The notes below the pieces were generated by a model that was not told the DNA's origin, ran no database searches, and worked only from the letters and a program-made list of their open reading frames with translations. A stretch of 64,000 bases of DNA from Antedon mediterranea (Eukaryota > Animalia > Echinodermata), in contig NC_092675.1 of assembly GCF_964355755.1 (NCBI RefSeq), positions 23,594,912 to 23,658,911 of the forward strand. The letters run 5' to 3'. Below, one piece after another: positions 13,466-25,600 of this stretch. Within the stretch, counting starts at the first letter, position 1, and each line of letters starts with the position of its first letter. The position numbers were made by a program, and so were the translations under genes.

Positions 13466-16400
13466 ATGAGCGGATGCTGTGCATGTATTTTTCGTAGGCG
13501 TCGCCATCGTGATGCCCATGGTGGTAGTCGAGATTCTATTGTACCTGTTGATCGGGACAGTTCCTTTCACATCTTTCCGAGGGGCCAGGAAAACAGAGCA
13601 GTTGAACTTGATGAGGTCAGATTTTGATTTTTTATGAGGGATGAAATATGTCCGATATTAATAGAGATACTGTAAGATAAAGCGAATTATGTTCTGTAAT
13701 GTTGATAGTATTATTAGTACTGTAGTATGAAATATGTGTTAAAATAATATTGAAGAGGATACAAAAACAGAATATCATGAAGAAAAAAAAAGATAGAAGA
13801 TGTGTAAAAAATTTTATTGAAAAAGAAAGAATGAATAAAGGTGGTGGTTAACGATGGGTGATATAAAAAAAAAGATAAAACGAATTTAGTCGGGCACCCC
13901 TTTTCTTTTTATATAAAACAGTTTTTATTAGTAATAGTACATATATTTTTGTTATATTATTAGATGGGCCTTAATTCATAATAAAGTATTAAGACTGTTT
14001 AATCTATTGCATTATTGTCAAAAATGCCAGACTGACTTAGATCTTTGTGTTCCAACATGTTCTTTTTTTCTTGACAGTCTGATATGATGGGAGTTCGCAG
14101 TACACAGCTTTCTAGCAATGGAAAAAATGGTAAGAAATATATCAATTATGATAATTTGAAAATATAAAATGTTGATATTGCTTTACGCTGCAGTAACCAA
14201 TTGGGTCAACCGGCTCAGCTACAGTGATTAAGTTCATTTAGATTGACCCTGGTCTCCCCAATTTTAGTTTTTTTTTTGTTATGTATACTGAAATAGACCG
14301 AATAAATAATAAAATGAAATTAACAGGATGAGGCAACTTGAAAGCTAATTACTTAAATCCGAGAGTGAATGGCACTCGTTTACAGGTATAAGTACATTTT
14401 GATTAATTGTTTATGAGTTCAGACATGTTAGTAACTTGGTGCAAGCCAAAATTGATGTCATAGGATCAACAGTCGATATAGTGGACATGCAAATCTAATC
14501 CCAAATAAGTATAAAAGAAATCAAGTTGATCATATTATTGATTTTACTGTATATTAATATGATTAATGAATTTATTTGTATAGGTGTAAATCCCTTAGAA
14601 TTGAAAGCTGATTTTAGTGTATGTTTCATCGGTATGCTGAATGATACACATGGACTACCACCATCACAAGAAGATGATATAGATCTTGTTCAAGTCCTTG
14701 ACACTGCTCAGGTAGGCTTCAATGGTTTCAAGATACTAAAAAATGAATACATGTAAAACCTATTTATACAAAACAATTTGGATATAAAAGAAAATGAGAA
14801 CAACAAAGGCAACTACAGTACATGCCTGTAGAGATCAACTTCAGATATGTTTAGTTGTATCAGGGAAGCTGTAATTTCACTCTCTCTCACACTCAAAATA
14901 ATGGCAATTGTTAACATACATATAAGTCCTTCTCTTCTGTATCATAGAGCTGGAGTCAAAATCCTATTCAGCACTAAGTAGCATATACTAAAGTGTTTGT
15001 TATGGTGTGTATTTTGTATAAATGTACGAGATACTCACTATAAACAGTCATTCAATGGCGATGTTCCAATAATTTCACATTATCATTTCATTGTTTTCAC
15101 TTGTTCATCTTGACACAAATCAATTGTACTGTCCATTTATAATTACATTTCTTAAAACCTGTAGAGATATTTTGAATTCCGTTTCTATTGTCAGGTGTTA
15201 AAATTAACAATTATATTGACAGAAATGTTTTATTATTGTTTTATTTTATGTTTCACGTTTTCAGATGGAAGGAAAGTTCAAATCTGCTACAGATGAAGTG
15301 GATCCTGTTAGTCTCACCTTGTCCAAATATGGTATTAAAGTTAGTGACGGTCACCCCCACACTGATCAGGTTAGTCTTATGACTTATTTAATAAGCTATG
15401 AAACTTATTGATGCTCAACACACACCCCCCCCCCCTTTTCCTACTGATCAGGTTAGTCTTACGACTTATTTAATAAGCTATGAAACTTATTGATGCTCAA
15501 CACCCCCCCCCCCTTTTCCCACTGATCAGGTTAGTCTTATGACTTATTTAATAAGCTATGAAACTTATTGATGCTCAACACCCCCCCCCCCCCTTTTCCC
15601 ACTGATCAGGTTAGTCTTATGACTTATTTAATAAGCTATGAAACTTATTGATGCTCAACACCCCCCCCCCCCCCCTTTTCCCACTGATCAGGTTAGTCTT
15701 ATGACTTATTTAATAAGCTATGAAACTTATTGATGCTGAACACCCCCCCCCCCCCTTTTCCCACTGATCAGGTTAGTCTTATGACTTATTTAATAAGCTA
15801 TGAAACTTATTGATGCTCAACACACACCCCCCCCCCCTTTTCCCACTGATCAGGTTAGTCTTATGACTTATTTAATAAGCTATGAAACTTATTGATGCTC
15901 AACATCCCCCCCCCCCCCTTTTTCCTACTGATCAGGTTAGTCTTACGACTTACTAGTTATAGCTTAGTAGTTGTAGTTGCATTGGACTACTCTGCTCATG
16001 CTCTGGAGGCCTTGAGCTGGGTTAAGCCAGTGACTACTCATAGCCGTTACACCACTTAAAAAGATATTAACAAACTTACAATAAAACTTTCAAATCAAAA
16101 TACAAAGACAGACAATATTTACAATATTTTTAAAAGGAGTAAAAAATTAAAGGGATACATACATAAAATGACAAGTTTGTTTGTTAATGTGTTTTTTTAG
16201 CTTGTACGCAATAGATTTCGACTTGCAGATGTTATACGTGTTGTACATTATGAAGATGATATTGGCAGGCAATTACTAGCATTCAAAGTTGATAAGCACT
16301 TTGACAATATCTATGATTGTATGGTATTTGAATGCGATTCTCATGTGAGTAAACAATGATTAATTTTTTAGTAAACGCTTTCCAAATTTTTTGTTTACAT

Positions 16401-16945
16401 CCGAATACATAAACTTTTTATTTGAATGTTTTTTCCCAACAAATACTTGTAAGCTCCTCCAAATTGTAAAACAAATTAGTCATAGTTGCGTACGTCGAGA
16501 AACTTATTTTTATTAAAAAAAAGAAAGAAAAATAACCAAACTCAATTTATCAAAACATGGAATAATCATTAATTCTCTGCAGAATAATTAAGAAAACAAA
16601 ATGGTAAATTCAAAAGTATTTTAATATTTAATCCAAACATTAACAATAGTGGTGTAGGTCTAGGCCTTAAATGAATTGGTTTTGTATACACTTCCCCCTT
16701 CATTCGAATGTTAACAGTGTTGTTGTGTGTTGTTTATGTGTTCATGCAAAAACTCCCTAAGTGGTCCTTTTATATAATTTCCAGACTGTTTAAAAGGTTG
16801 GTATCTCTACAGCTGATAGTTTTGTCTTGTTTTCTAGGCTCAAGCCAAGGCGATTTGTAGTACCTTGAATGTGATATTCGATGCTGTCTGCAATATGAAA
16901 TTATCTGCTTTGAATTATTCTCATCTCAAATTCCAAATGATGTAA
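13466..16945 (+). CDS. ITGB1BP1: Integrin cytoplasmic domain-associated protein 1 (ICAP-1) orthologue, PTB domain
   Basis: Exons 13466-13615, 14078-14129, 14584-14711, 15265-15369, 16201-16344, 16838-16945 (TAA), all phase-compatible. ADFSVCFIG, DLVQVLDTAQMEGK, LSKYGIKVSD, IRVVHYEDDIGRQLLAFK and FECDSHAQAKAICSTLNVIFDAV match recalled human ICAP-1 motifs (VSKYGIKVS; QAQAICKVLSTAFDSV). A non-coding first exon probably ends at GA|GTAAGT ~11629. Confidence 0.88.
15358..15951 (+). repeat. ~80-bp minisatellite (7 units plus a partial) that includes the donor site of ICAP-1 coding exon 4
   Basis: ACTGATCAGGTTAGTCTTA.. recurs at 15361, 15443, 15521, 15601, 15683, 15763, 15845 and 15927; unit length varies with a poly-C run. 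Confidence 0.95.
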
Positions 16946-18584
16946 GTAGGAGATTAGAGAGCTTTTGTGATGAGAAGAACTGATGATGTCATCATATAGA
17001 GGCACTGTTCACATTCTGTACGTTGAGTTTTTTTGACAATTTTTGTGACTTTTTGGACACTAGTCAATTCTACTAAGATGAGGTGATAACCATGGAGTGT
17101 AATTTATGTATGATGTTTTAATTGAGAGCTATGACAATGGATAATGCTAAAAATGCTATAAATAAGAACAGTTTTGTTGCAAAACGAAAGCTCTCTATTA
17201 TCACTCATTCGACTTGTCACATCAACCAGACAAATCCTAGTTATTGAAATGGAGAAAACTAGCAATGTATGTTTACTTTTTTTTATATTGAGTTTTATTT
17301 TTATATATTTGCATTGCTGCTGAAACAAAATGTAGGTCACGCTCTATTTAACTGGTTATTTGTTAACAGTAGAAACAGGCCTGTGTTGATTTCTGGGAAT
17401 AAGTTAACTCGCCACAGCTGTGCAATACATAAAGACGATAAAAATATATTTAATAATTAGTTAGTAATTCACAGATGAAAGCATTGTAATGAATTGTGGT
17501 GGAATTTAATTTAAAAGCTATTTAAAAGGAATAATAACATCCCTATATTGTGCATTGTAAGGACTGAGGACTTAAACCCCATTAAACAATTTAGAATATT
17601 CTGATAAAGTTCAATGCAATCGTGCGTGATGCTTTTTATCTACAGTACGAACAGCTCCCAGTGTTTATGAATAATACAGGTAGTTAAATAGAAAAACAAA
17701 ACAAAAAGAATTTTTCAGAAAGCTTGGTGTTGGTTTTTCAAAACAATTTTGTATCTTTTTAGACTATAATATAAAATGTTGGTTTTAGGAATATTTCTGT
17801 ATTAAAAACAAGTACAAATGTATTAAAGAAAAATGAACAAGTCTGTTTTAATATGAAAGATAATTTAATAATAATATCTAAAATATTTTTTTTTATATTA
17901 AAATACCATTATGTTTGATAATGTTGGGACAATTATGTACTGTTTACTGTTGATTTAATTCAATCAATTTCTGGGAATGTTATACTCGGGGTATAATAAT
18001 CTCAACCTACCCTTGTTGAGTTGATTCTACTTCTTTCAACAGTATATTATGTGCAATTTATGTATTTTTACATGATAATAGGTATTTAATTATTATTAAT
18101 GCAGCACATGTTTGGGCCACACCCTTTTTGCTTCAGTTGCTTTGTTAATGGATTCTAATCTAATGTATATCCATAGGGTAAGATGTCAATCCACAAGTTA
18201 TGAGTAATTTTGCAATCCTACAATCCTACTCAAAATACACATGTTGCCTGTAGAATTAAACATATGAGAAAAAAAAGTGAAACTTACTGTACCAACGTCC
18301 TACCATCCATTCTTTGGCACAAACCCTATACAGTGATACACAAATTTAAGGAACTATTTCTAAATTTCATGAAATTAATGTGAGGAAAATATCTTAATTT
18401 TAAAAGGTCACTTTGTTGGGGCTCCAAAGTGACCCAGGAGTGCTACAGCATAACATATGATTATGTGTAGTTTGATCTTGTGCACTTGACATTAATCGTT
18501 TCAAATTAATTAATTAAATTTCAGTATATCACCGGGCGGTTTAGAATTAATGTTCTTTGCCTGTTGTGTTCATATATATATATA

Positions 18585-18749
18585 AATCCAAAGGCAAATT
18601 ACTGAAAAAAAATGACAATGCTGTGGGTATCAGTGGCTGGATCTCAATGGAGATACAAAAATAAAAAGCGAAAAGCTAAATCAAAACGATAAAGTAAACA
18701 GCCAGAAAAGTTAGCAGAGCTTTCGGGCAACACTAGCCCTTCATCAGTG

Positions 18750-18752
<3 letters not shown>
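18585..18752 (-). mobile_element. Penelope-like element terminal fragment between (TA)n tracts
   Basis: ~170-bp segment bounded by (TA)n at ~18572-18584 and ~18753-18785, carrying a minimal hammerhead motif typical of Penelope-like terminal repeats. Confidence 0.6.
18714..18750 (-). ncRNA. Minimal type I hammerhead ribozyme
   Basis: Minus strand reads GCA-CUGAUGA-A-GGGC[UAGUGUU]GCCC-GAAA-GC-UC-UGC. Core CUGAUGA/GAAA/UH is intact, stem II is 4 bp, stem I is GCA/UGC, stem III is reduced to palindromic AGCU. Confidence 0.8.
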
Positions 18753-18792
<40 letters not shown>

Positions 18793-20152
18793 ATTTTATT
18801 ATGGTATAGCATTTAGGGGCACACACGATACCCTCTTTGACAGCAAATAAAAAATTACGAACTTTTTACATCTATAGTTAATGTTTGTCCATAATAAAGT
18901 AAACAAAATCCTTGATCTGCCCTGTAATGATTAGCAATATAAAAATATCCTCAGATGGTGGCTAATTGATACTGCATCAAGAAAAATTAGTTGGGTCCAA
19001 ATATTGAACATTATTACTGTAGTGCAAGGTATAACAACTTTTACTTCTTGTGTCAATCAAAAAAAGTGGATTATTAATTGTATTAGTAGTAGGAAGAAAT
19101 GCTAGCATGAGTGCCACACCTCAAATATTGACTCATAATAGTAAGCTTTAGTCATGGATAACCTTACACCTTCATACAGTATTCATATTATTTCCTCATA
19201 ATAAAAAAAAAAATCATTACAAATATGTGTATACTGTGTACATTATATAATGAATATATTCATAATAAAATACAGGTTAAATAGCAGTGTACACATTTAA
19301 ATTATGGTGTTAAATTCTTGTGTATATTTATTAGATCATAGACTGTACTGTAGTTAAAACAATAGATCTCAACTTCTATTGTGAGGTACATTAGAATAGG
19401 AACATATAATGTAACTATTGATGGAACTTGCAATATAAAATAAAGTTGAAACTGTAGATATAATACAATAATGGAGTAGATCTTGCTGCAACTCATGTGT
19501 GTAAATTATTCATGCATCTATGATTGGTATAATGACATAATAAAATTGTTTATGCTTGCGTTGTTACAATTGTACCATATTGAAAGTTGTACCATACTTT
19601 TCTGTCCTAAACCTTGATTTAGTTAGGGTTTTTTTTCTTCAGGTTTATGTAAATTTAATTGTAATGCCCAATAAAAACATTTCAGTGTTTGTAGTATATT
19701 TGTAAATGTTGCACATTTTCCTATTTTAATTAATTATTATTGATATGTATCAATGTTTATTTTTGGTGTAGTAAAATATGTTTTTTTTTAATAAATTAAC
19801 AATTTGAATGTTACATTTCATGATTATACCTTATTCTCATGTACTAGTAGCACTGCTTCTGTATTTTTAAGGCCCTCCCCATATCCACTTTTATGATGGG
19901 TCTGGGCTTTCTGCATTGTCACTCCGTCCTGAGAACGATCAAAGCATATTGATCGAAATGTTGAAAAAACAGTTCTTTTCAGAACTAATATACGTGGTGT
20001 ACGCAAATGTAGATCAACAGAAAATAAAATTAGTTACTGTTTGATACACTTTTAACACACTATATGATATGTTAGAGCTCCACAGTTTAAAAATAATCCT
20101 GGATCCTTCCATGGATCTGATGTAGTGTGTCTTGTTTGTTACATGAGATCAA

Positions 20153-20697
20153 AGTACAGTACTGTAGTCCCTTAATAGGGGTGTCCCGGAGGATGGGTTC
20201 TAGTACAGTACTGTAGTCCCTTAATAGGGGTGTCCCGGAGGATGGGTTCTAGTACAGTACTGTAGTCCCTTAATAGGGGTGTCCCGGAGGATGGGTTCTA
20301 GTACAGTACTGTAGTCCCTTAATAGGGGTGTCCCGGAGGATGGGTTCTAGTACAGTACTGTAGTCCCTTAATAGGGGTGTCCCGGAGGATGGGTTCTAGT
20401 ACAGTACTGTAGTCCCTTAATAGGGGTGTCCCGGAAGATGGGTTCTAGTACAGTACTGTAGTCCCTTAATAGGGGTGTCCCGGAGGATGGGTTCTAGTAC
20501 AGTACTGTAGTCCCTTAATAGGGGTGTCCCGGAGGATGGGTTCTAGTACAGTACTGTAGTCCCTTAATAGGGGTGTCCCGGAGGATGGGTTCTAGTACAG
20601 TACTGTAGTCCCTTAATAGGGGTGTCCCGGAGGATGGGTTCTAGTACAGTACTGTAGTCCCTTAATAGGGGTGTCCCGGAGGATGGGTTCTACTGTA
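20153..20697. repeat. 49-bp minisatellite, 11 near-identical copies
   Basis: Unit AGTACAGTACTGTAGTCCCTTAATAGGGGTGTCCCGGAGGATGGGTTCT at 20153, 20202 ... 20643; one copy has GGAAGATG. Confidence 0.97.
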
Positions 20698-22600
20698 TTG
20701 TCTTCAATGGAAACAAAAAAAAAACTCAATTATATTTTATTATTTAAAACCAATTTATATTTACACTTTATTAAAAGTTTTAGCTATTGAAACCGTACAG
20801 TAAATAGTTTACATGTAATTTAAGTTATCATCATATGCCTACCAATACTAGACATAGATCTATATATATAAAATATACAATATATATTATTGTAAAAATA
20901 GTTTCCACAGCAATTTCATATGAAATGTATACAGTACCAAACATCCATTTTAAAATGTTGATCTATAGCAGGAGCAGATTATTGTTGAATAGTGCTCCCC
21001 CATTAACAAATCCTGGATCATCAGTTCTACCAAACCAAACGTTTTCAGACCTAATGAGCATGGCTGGCATTTTTTTGCTTAAGTCCAGATAGGCAAGTGC
21101 TTAAGTGAAAAAACCGATGCTTTATTCTTATCAAACCAGTTCTTTTAACTTATGGAATGGACTTTGTCATCTAAGATTTAAGAACACAATATTGCCTAGG
21201 TTATTTTTTTTATTTTCATAATTTACAAAATCATTGACTTAAAACAAAGTTTATATTATATTTTTGCTAAGAATATTAAATGCATGACTTATTTTTTTTC
21301 CATTCTGTCCTTTTCTGTGCTAGATTTCATAATGTAGTATTACAGATTATAATCTTTTGCTTTTATAGGCTGGTACTTGGGTACATTAAAATAGTTCTGA
21401 CTAGATATAATGAGAATAACAGTTAAATTTTTTATTGAAGTAAATAAAAAAAAATATAAATAGATTTATATGTTCAAACACAGTCATCGACACTTACATT
21501 TAATGTTGTTTTTAATTTTATCAGTTTAAAACATACTGAAAAAATACAACATTGTGTATAGTTTAAAATGTGTTATAAAATATTGTACCCAATTGTAAAA
21601 ATATTTTCCACCATAGCACGACTAGAACAGCTATTTCTTACACAATTTGGTTTGTTCTTTTCGAGTAAAGTATTATTCATTGAAGACCGATTATACATAT
21701 TTTACTGAAACTATGTAAATGCTATAATATTAAAAACAAACAACATGAAAGACGTTGGACTAAACCGGTACTTTAGTATTATAACCATCAACATGATGGA
21801 TCTGTATGCACTTTCTATTGTTTAACACAAAATACCAATGTAAATTACATCTTATTAGAAACATGAAACAGATAGTTAGATCTGTTTTACTAATTGTATA
21901 CATTTAAATTACTGTACCAATACATAGATCTCCTAGTCCGTTCTTTCGGAAGACAATCATATATAAAACCTAGAAAACTAGGCCTAAACAAGATGAGTAC
22001 ATGGATGTATAAATAAAACATTAATATAGCTAGTCAGTATACAACACATTGTCTGCATAATAAATTATCATCATCGATTCGTTGATCATGCTTTGGATGT
22101 ACAGTTGGGATGGGTATTAACTAATACAGTAATATCAAGCCTTCAGTCAGGATGTATTAATATGTGTTAATTTTTTCTCCAAAAAAAGAGCAAGTGCTAG
22201 TTTATTTTTTTGAAGAAAATATTTTATTAGGCCTACAGTAAGGTCTCTAGTATGAAAAGAACACATCAAGAAAACCCTCTGACTAACAGGCTTGCTAGTG
22301 TGTGTGTTACTCAGTGTATGCCCATCTGTGCAGAGCTTTGAAAATATAATGTAGAAGTTTGATTTTGAATGAACTTCTTAATGTCACGGTTCTGAATCAC
22401 AATCAATTGTTAATAAACTTTTGTCAAGGTTTCAAATATTATAAAGTGAAAATTCAACTAAAAAATACATAGGAAAGTAATTTTAAATCGTGACAGTTTC
22501 TAAGTGCTTCCACATCAGAAATTTGTTTCTCCAAGATATGAATGCCAGCTGAACAAATGATGCCAGGGAAATATTGCCTTTTTCAGTGAATATAATTTCT

Positions 22601-25600
22601 TCAGCTGTCGTCAATACTCTTTTCAAGTTGGGTAACATCGTTAAATGCATCTCGCAGGGCACGATCTAATTCATCCATCTCGGATGGGATGGATTGTGTA
22701 TAAGGTCCATTATCTGCTAATATCGTTGATGATGATCCGTCACTCAGTGTCCGCGTTTTCCTTCTTCCTGCAGTACCGCTGTATATGCCATCCCCATTAG
22801 CACTACCTATTCCTCGTTTATCTAAGTATTCTTCAAATGAATCACTATCTCGTTCCGGAATGAAAGGTCGTAAACCTAGTTAAGAAAAAGTAATAGTAAA
22901 AGAATTTTGCAAAAAACATACATTTTATAGTTCTCGCCGTTTTGGTAACATTCTTCCATTATCAAACATGACACATTGACTCAAAGTTGTCAAGTGCGTG
23001 GCAGCCTAGCTAGTCCTGGCAGATTTCCAGTACGTTGAACTTTCAGTGAAAAAGAAAGTTCAAAACATTTTCATTTCCCAAAATTCTGTGGAATTTATTT
23101 TCATTAAAAAGTTCTTTTATTCTGCCAAGGAAAACAATGTTTATGTCTCTAACATTTTACATGATGAATAAAGCATTAGATTTGATTTTGATAAACTTTC
23201 AACAGAAGGAAATTTCAAACGATTAAAATATAGCCGATGTAAATGGAAAGAATTAATTAATTAAATTTAATTACCTGGAAATAAATACATTCTCTTGTCG
23301 CCATAGAGATGATGTAATCGTTGACAAAACTCTTGTATAGAAACATGTTGACGGTATTCACGCAAAATAGTGGCAAATTGTTGCAATTCATCTGCATTTA
23401 GTTTACTTCGTAGCTATAAAATTTAAAAAAAGTGGTATTTCTTTTATTATCATGAATCATGTGGACAAGAGTACCAAATACAAAAAAACTAATAGTGATC
23501 TTGCCCTTACCAGGTACCCATTTGTACACCTGGGTGGAGAGAGGCAAACGTAAGTAAAGTGTCTGCCTAAGGATATGAGCAATGCGTTGGATTCGAACCC
23601 ACAATCAGTTGTTCACCAACACACAAGACCTTACATATAAAAAACCACGACAAACATACACTTAAAAAGTCTATACTTACAACTTCTATATATTCCTTTA
23701 AAAGTAGTGTAACTGTTTTACTAAAGTCTTCAGGCTGATGTGGATGGTACATAGGATGCATAGCTCTGTAAACAATACGATAATACGACTTAATTAATTT
23801 AATTCTAAAAATAATTAAATTTGTAGTGACCTAAATCATGATTAATTAATTCCGCACGGAAAAATTTTGTACGATAGTTATTTTTTTCTGTGACCCCTAT
23901 TTAAGAAATTTATAAATATCATGTATGGTGATTTTTTTATTACCTATTGTTTCAAATTATAGTAATTTTTATAACCTTTTGTGAATTTTGATACAATTCA
24001 GTGTTATACTGCAAAATTAAAATGAGTGCTTTTAATAAATAAACCAGAAATTATAACATTTCTGGATGCCCAACACTAAATATGCAATTTTGTTTGTAAA
24101 TTTATGAACTTACGGAGATGGAATATCCACTTCAGTGGGGCTTACTGTGCTTCTCCCTGAAATAAATGTATATGTCATTATTAAGACATGCATTATTTAG
24201 GTATATCCTAAACACTAATGTAAATACAAAATTGAATTAGTATAACTGTGACAAAAAAATAGTACAAAAAAACTCAATCTTGAATGTGTCAACCAACCAT
24301 ATCACCATATAGAAAACTTTATGTAATAAAATAAATGTTTGTACACAATCCAAAGTTATTTTAAATGTACTTAAACCTCCCTCTAATCTAGACAAAACCA
24401 AAGTACTAGGGTTTTTTTTCCACTGGAAATCTGCCTTGTTTTAGACTCGTTTGTATAAATGTAATTATGTAAGAATTAAAAAATAAATATCTTCATTTTT
24501 TTATTAATTCATATATTTCTTCCCAATTTCAAACGTGATTAATAAACAATATAGAATCAATATATCTGATGACATAAGCTTCCATTTAAGGCGATTTCAT
24601 CTGGTTATAAAAGTGGTTTATAGAATAATTTAAAGCAAATCTACCTGACGTTGAATGTGACTTTGCTACATCAATTAAGGAATAATCAAAGTATTTCATA
24701 GTAAGTTCAGTGTATACAATATCAAAAATCTGATGAACAAGACTGCAAAACTGTTCTGCTTGCTCCTACAAGAATATTTAAAAGACATTATTTGGAATTC
24801 AAATACACAATGCAAATTCGAATGCAGCCAGGAAAGTGGAAATACACATGTAATATTACAATGTTTAAATAACACTCTTTTCTGAAATTCCTTGTGGATT
24901 TGTTTGTTTGTTTATTTTTATATTGGCCGACCTCTCTGTACACCGGGATAACCCCCTACTCGTCTCGAAAGATGTACTCGATTCTTTAAAGTGCACACGA
25001 GCTAGTTGTGTACACTGGACCTAGGGTTTATAGTCCTTATCCAAAAAGACTTGTTCTACCACCAAAACAATGGAGTGAGTGAGCCTCGAACCCCTGCCGA
25101 TGTTATGGCTACGGTTCCACTGTCTTAACCGCTCAGCCACCCCCTCACTCGTTTACACATTTAAACAGGGTATATATCAGTATCAAACTTACTAAAATTA
25201 TATTGTCATTGGTCTAAAAATAACTATCTGTCTCTACAGTTTCTTGTCCTAAACTATTTACAAAATCAACAGTGGATGTGTTTGTAGTCTATGAGTGCCA
25301 AAATACATGGATAAACCTCTTTCCAGGGCTATTGTCTGTTTATTCAGGTAAGCATACAATACAATATGAAAAATTAAAATACATACCTTATTTGGACTAA
25401 GAAGAACAACTAAATTACAAGATATTTGTTGGTTTTCTGAGGAAGCTGAAAAAAAAAAGAAATGTATACAATAAATTATGATAATACCTGTTCCCATTCA
25501 CACAGGTATGTGGTAACATGTTCTTCAGCAATGAAAGACATAGGGCGGATTGCTATAAGCGGTCTATAACCGGTCTTAGCGCTTAGCCGGCTATAATTCA

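Noticed and set aside
15358-15951. CRISPR-like repeat-spacer pattern
   Set aside because: The only variable part is homopolymer C length; it is a minisatellite.
20153-20697. CRISPR-like array
   Set aside because: Units are directly adjacent with no unique spacers, there are no cas genes, and the context is eukaryotic.
16980-21030. Other CTGATGA motifs (16980 +, ~21018 -) as hammerheads
   Set aside because: No stem II closed by GAAA and no UH/stem I at the required spacing.
24940-25150. tRNA gene
   Set aside because: A/B boxes are present but no full cloverleaf; followed by a SINE core, with a second diverged copy at 56610-56815.
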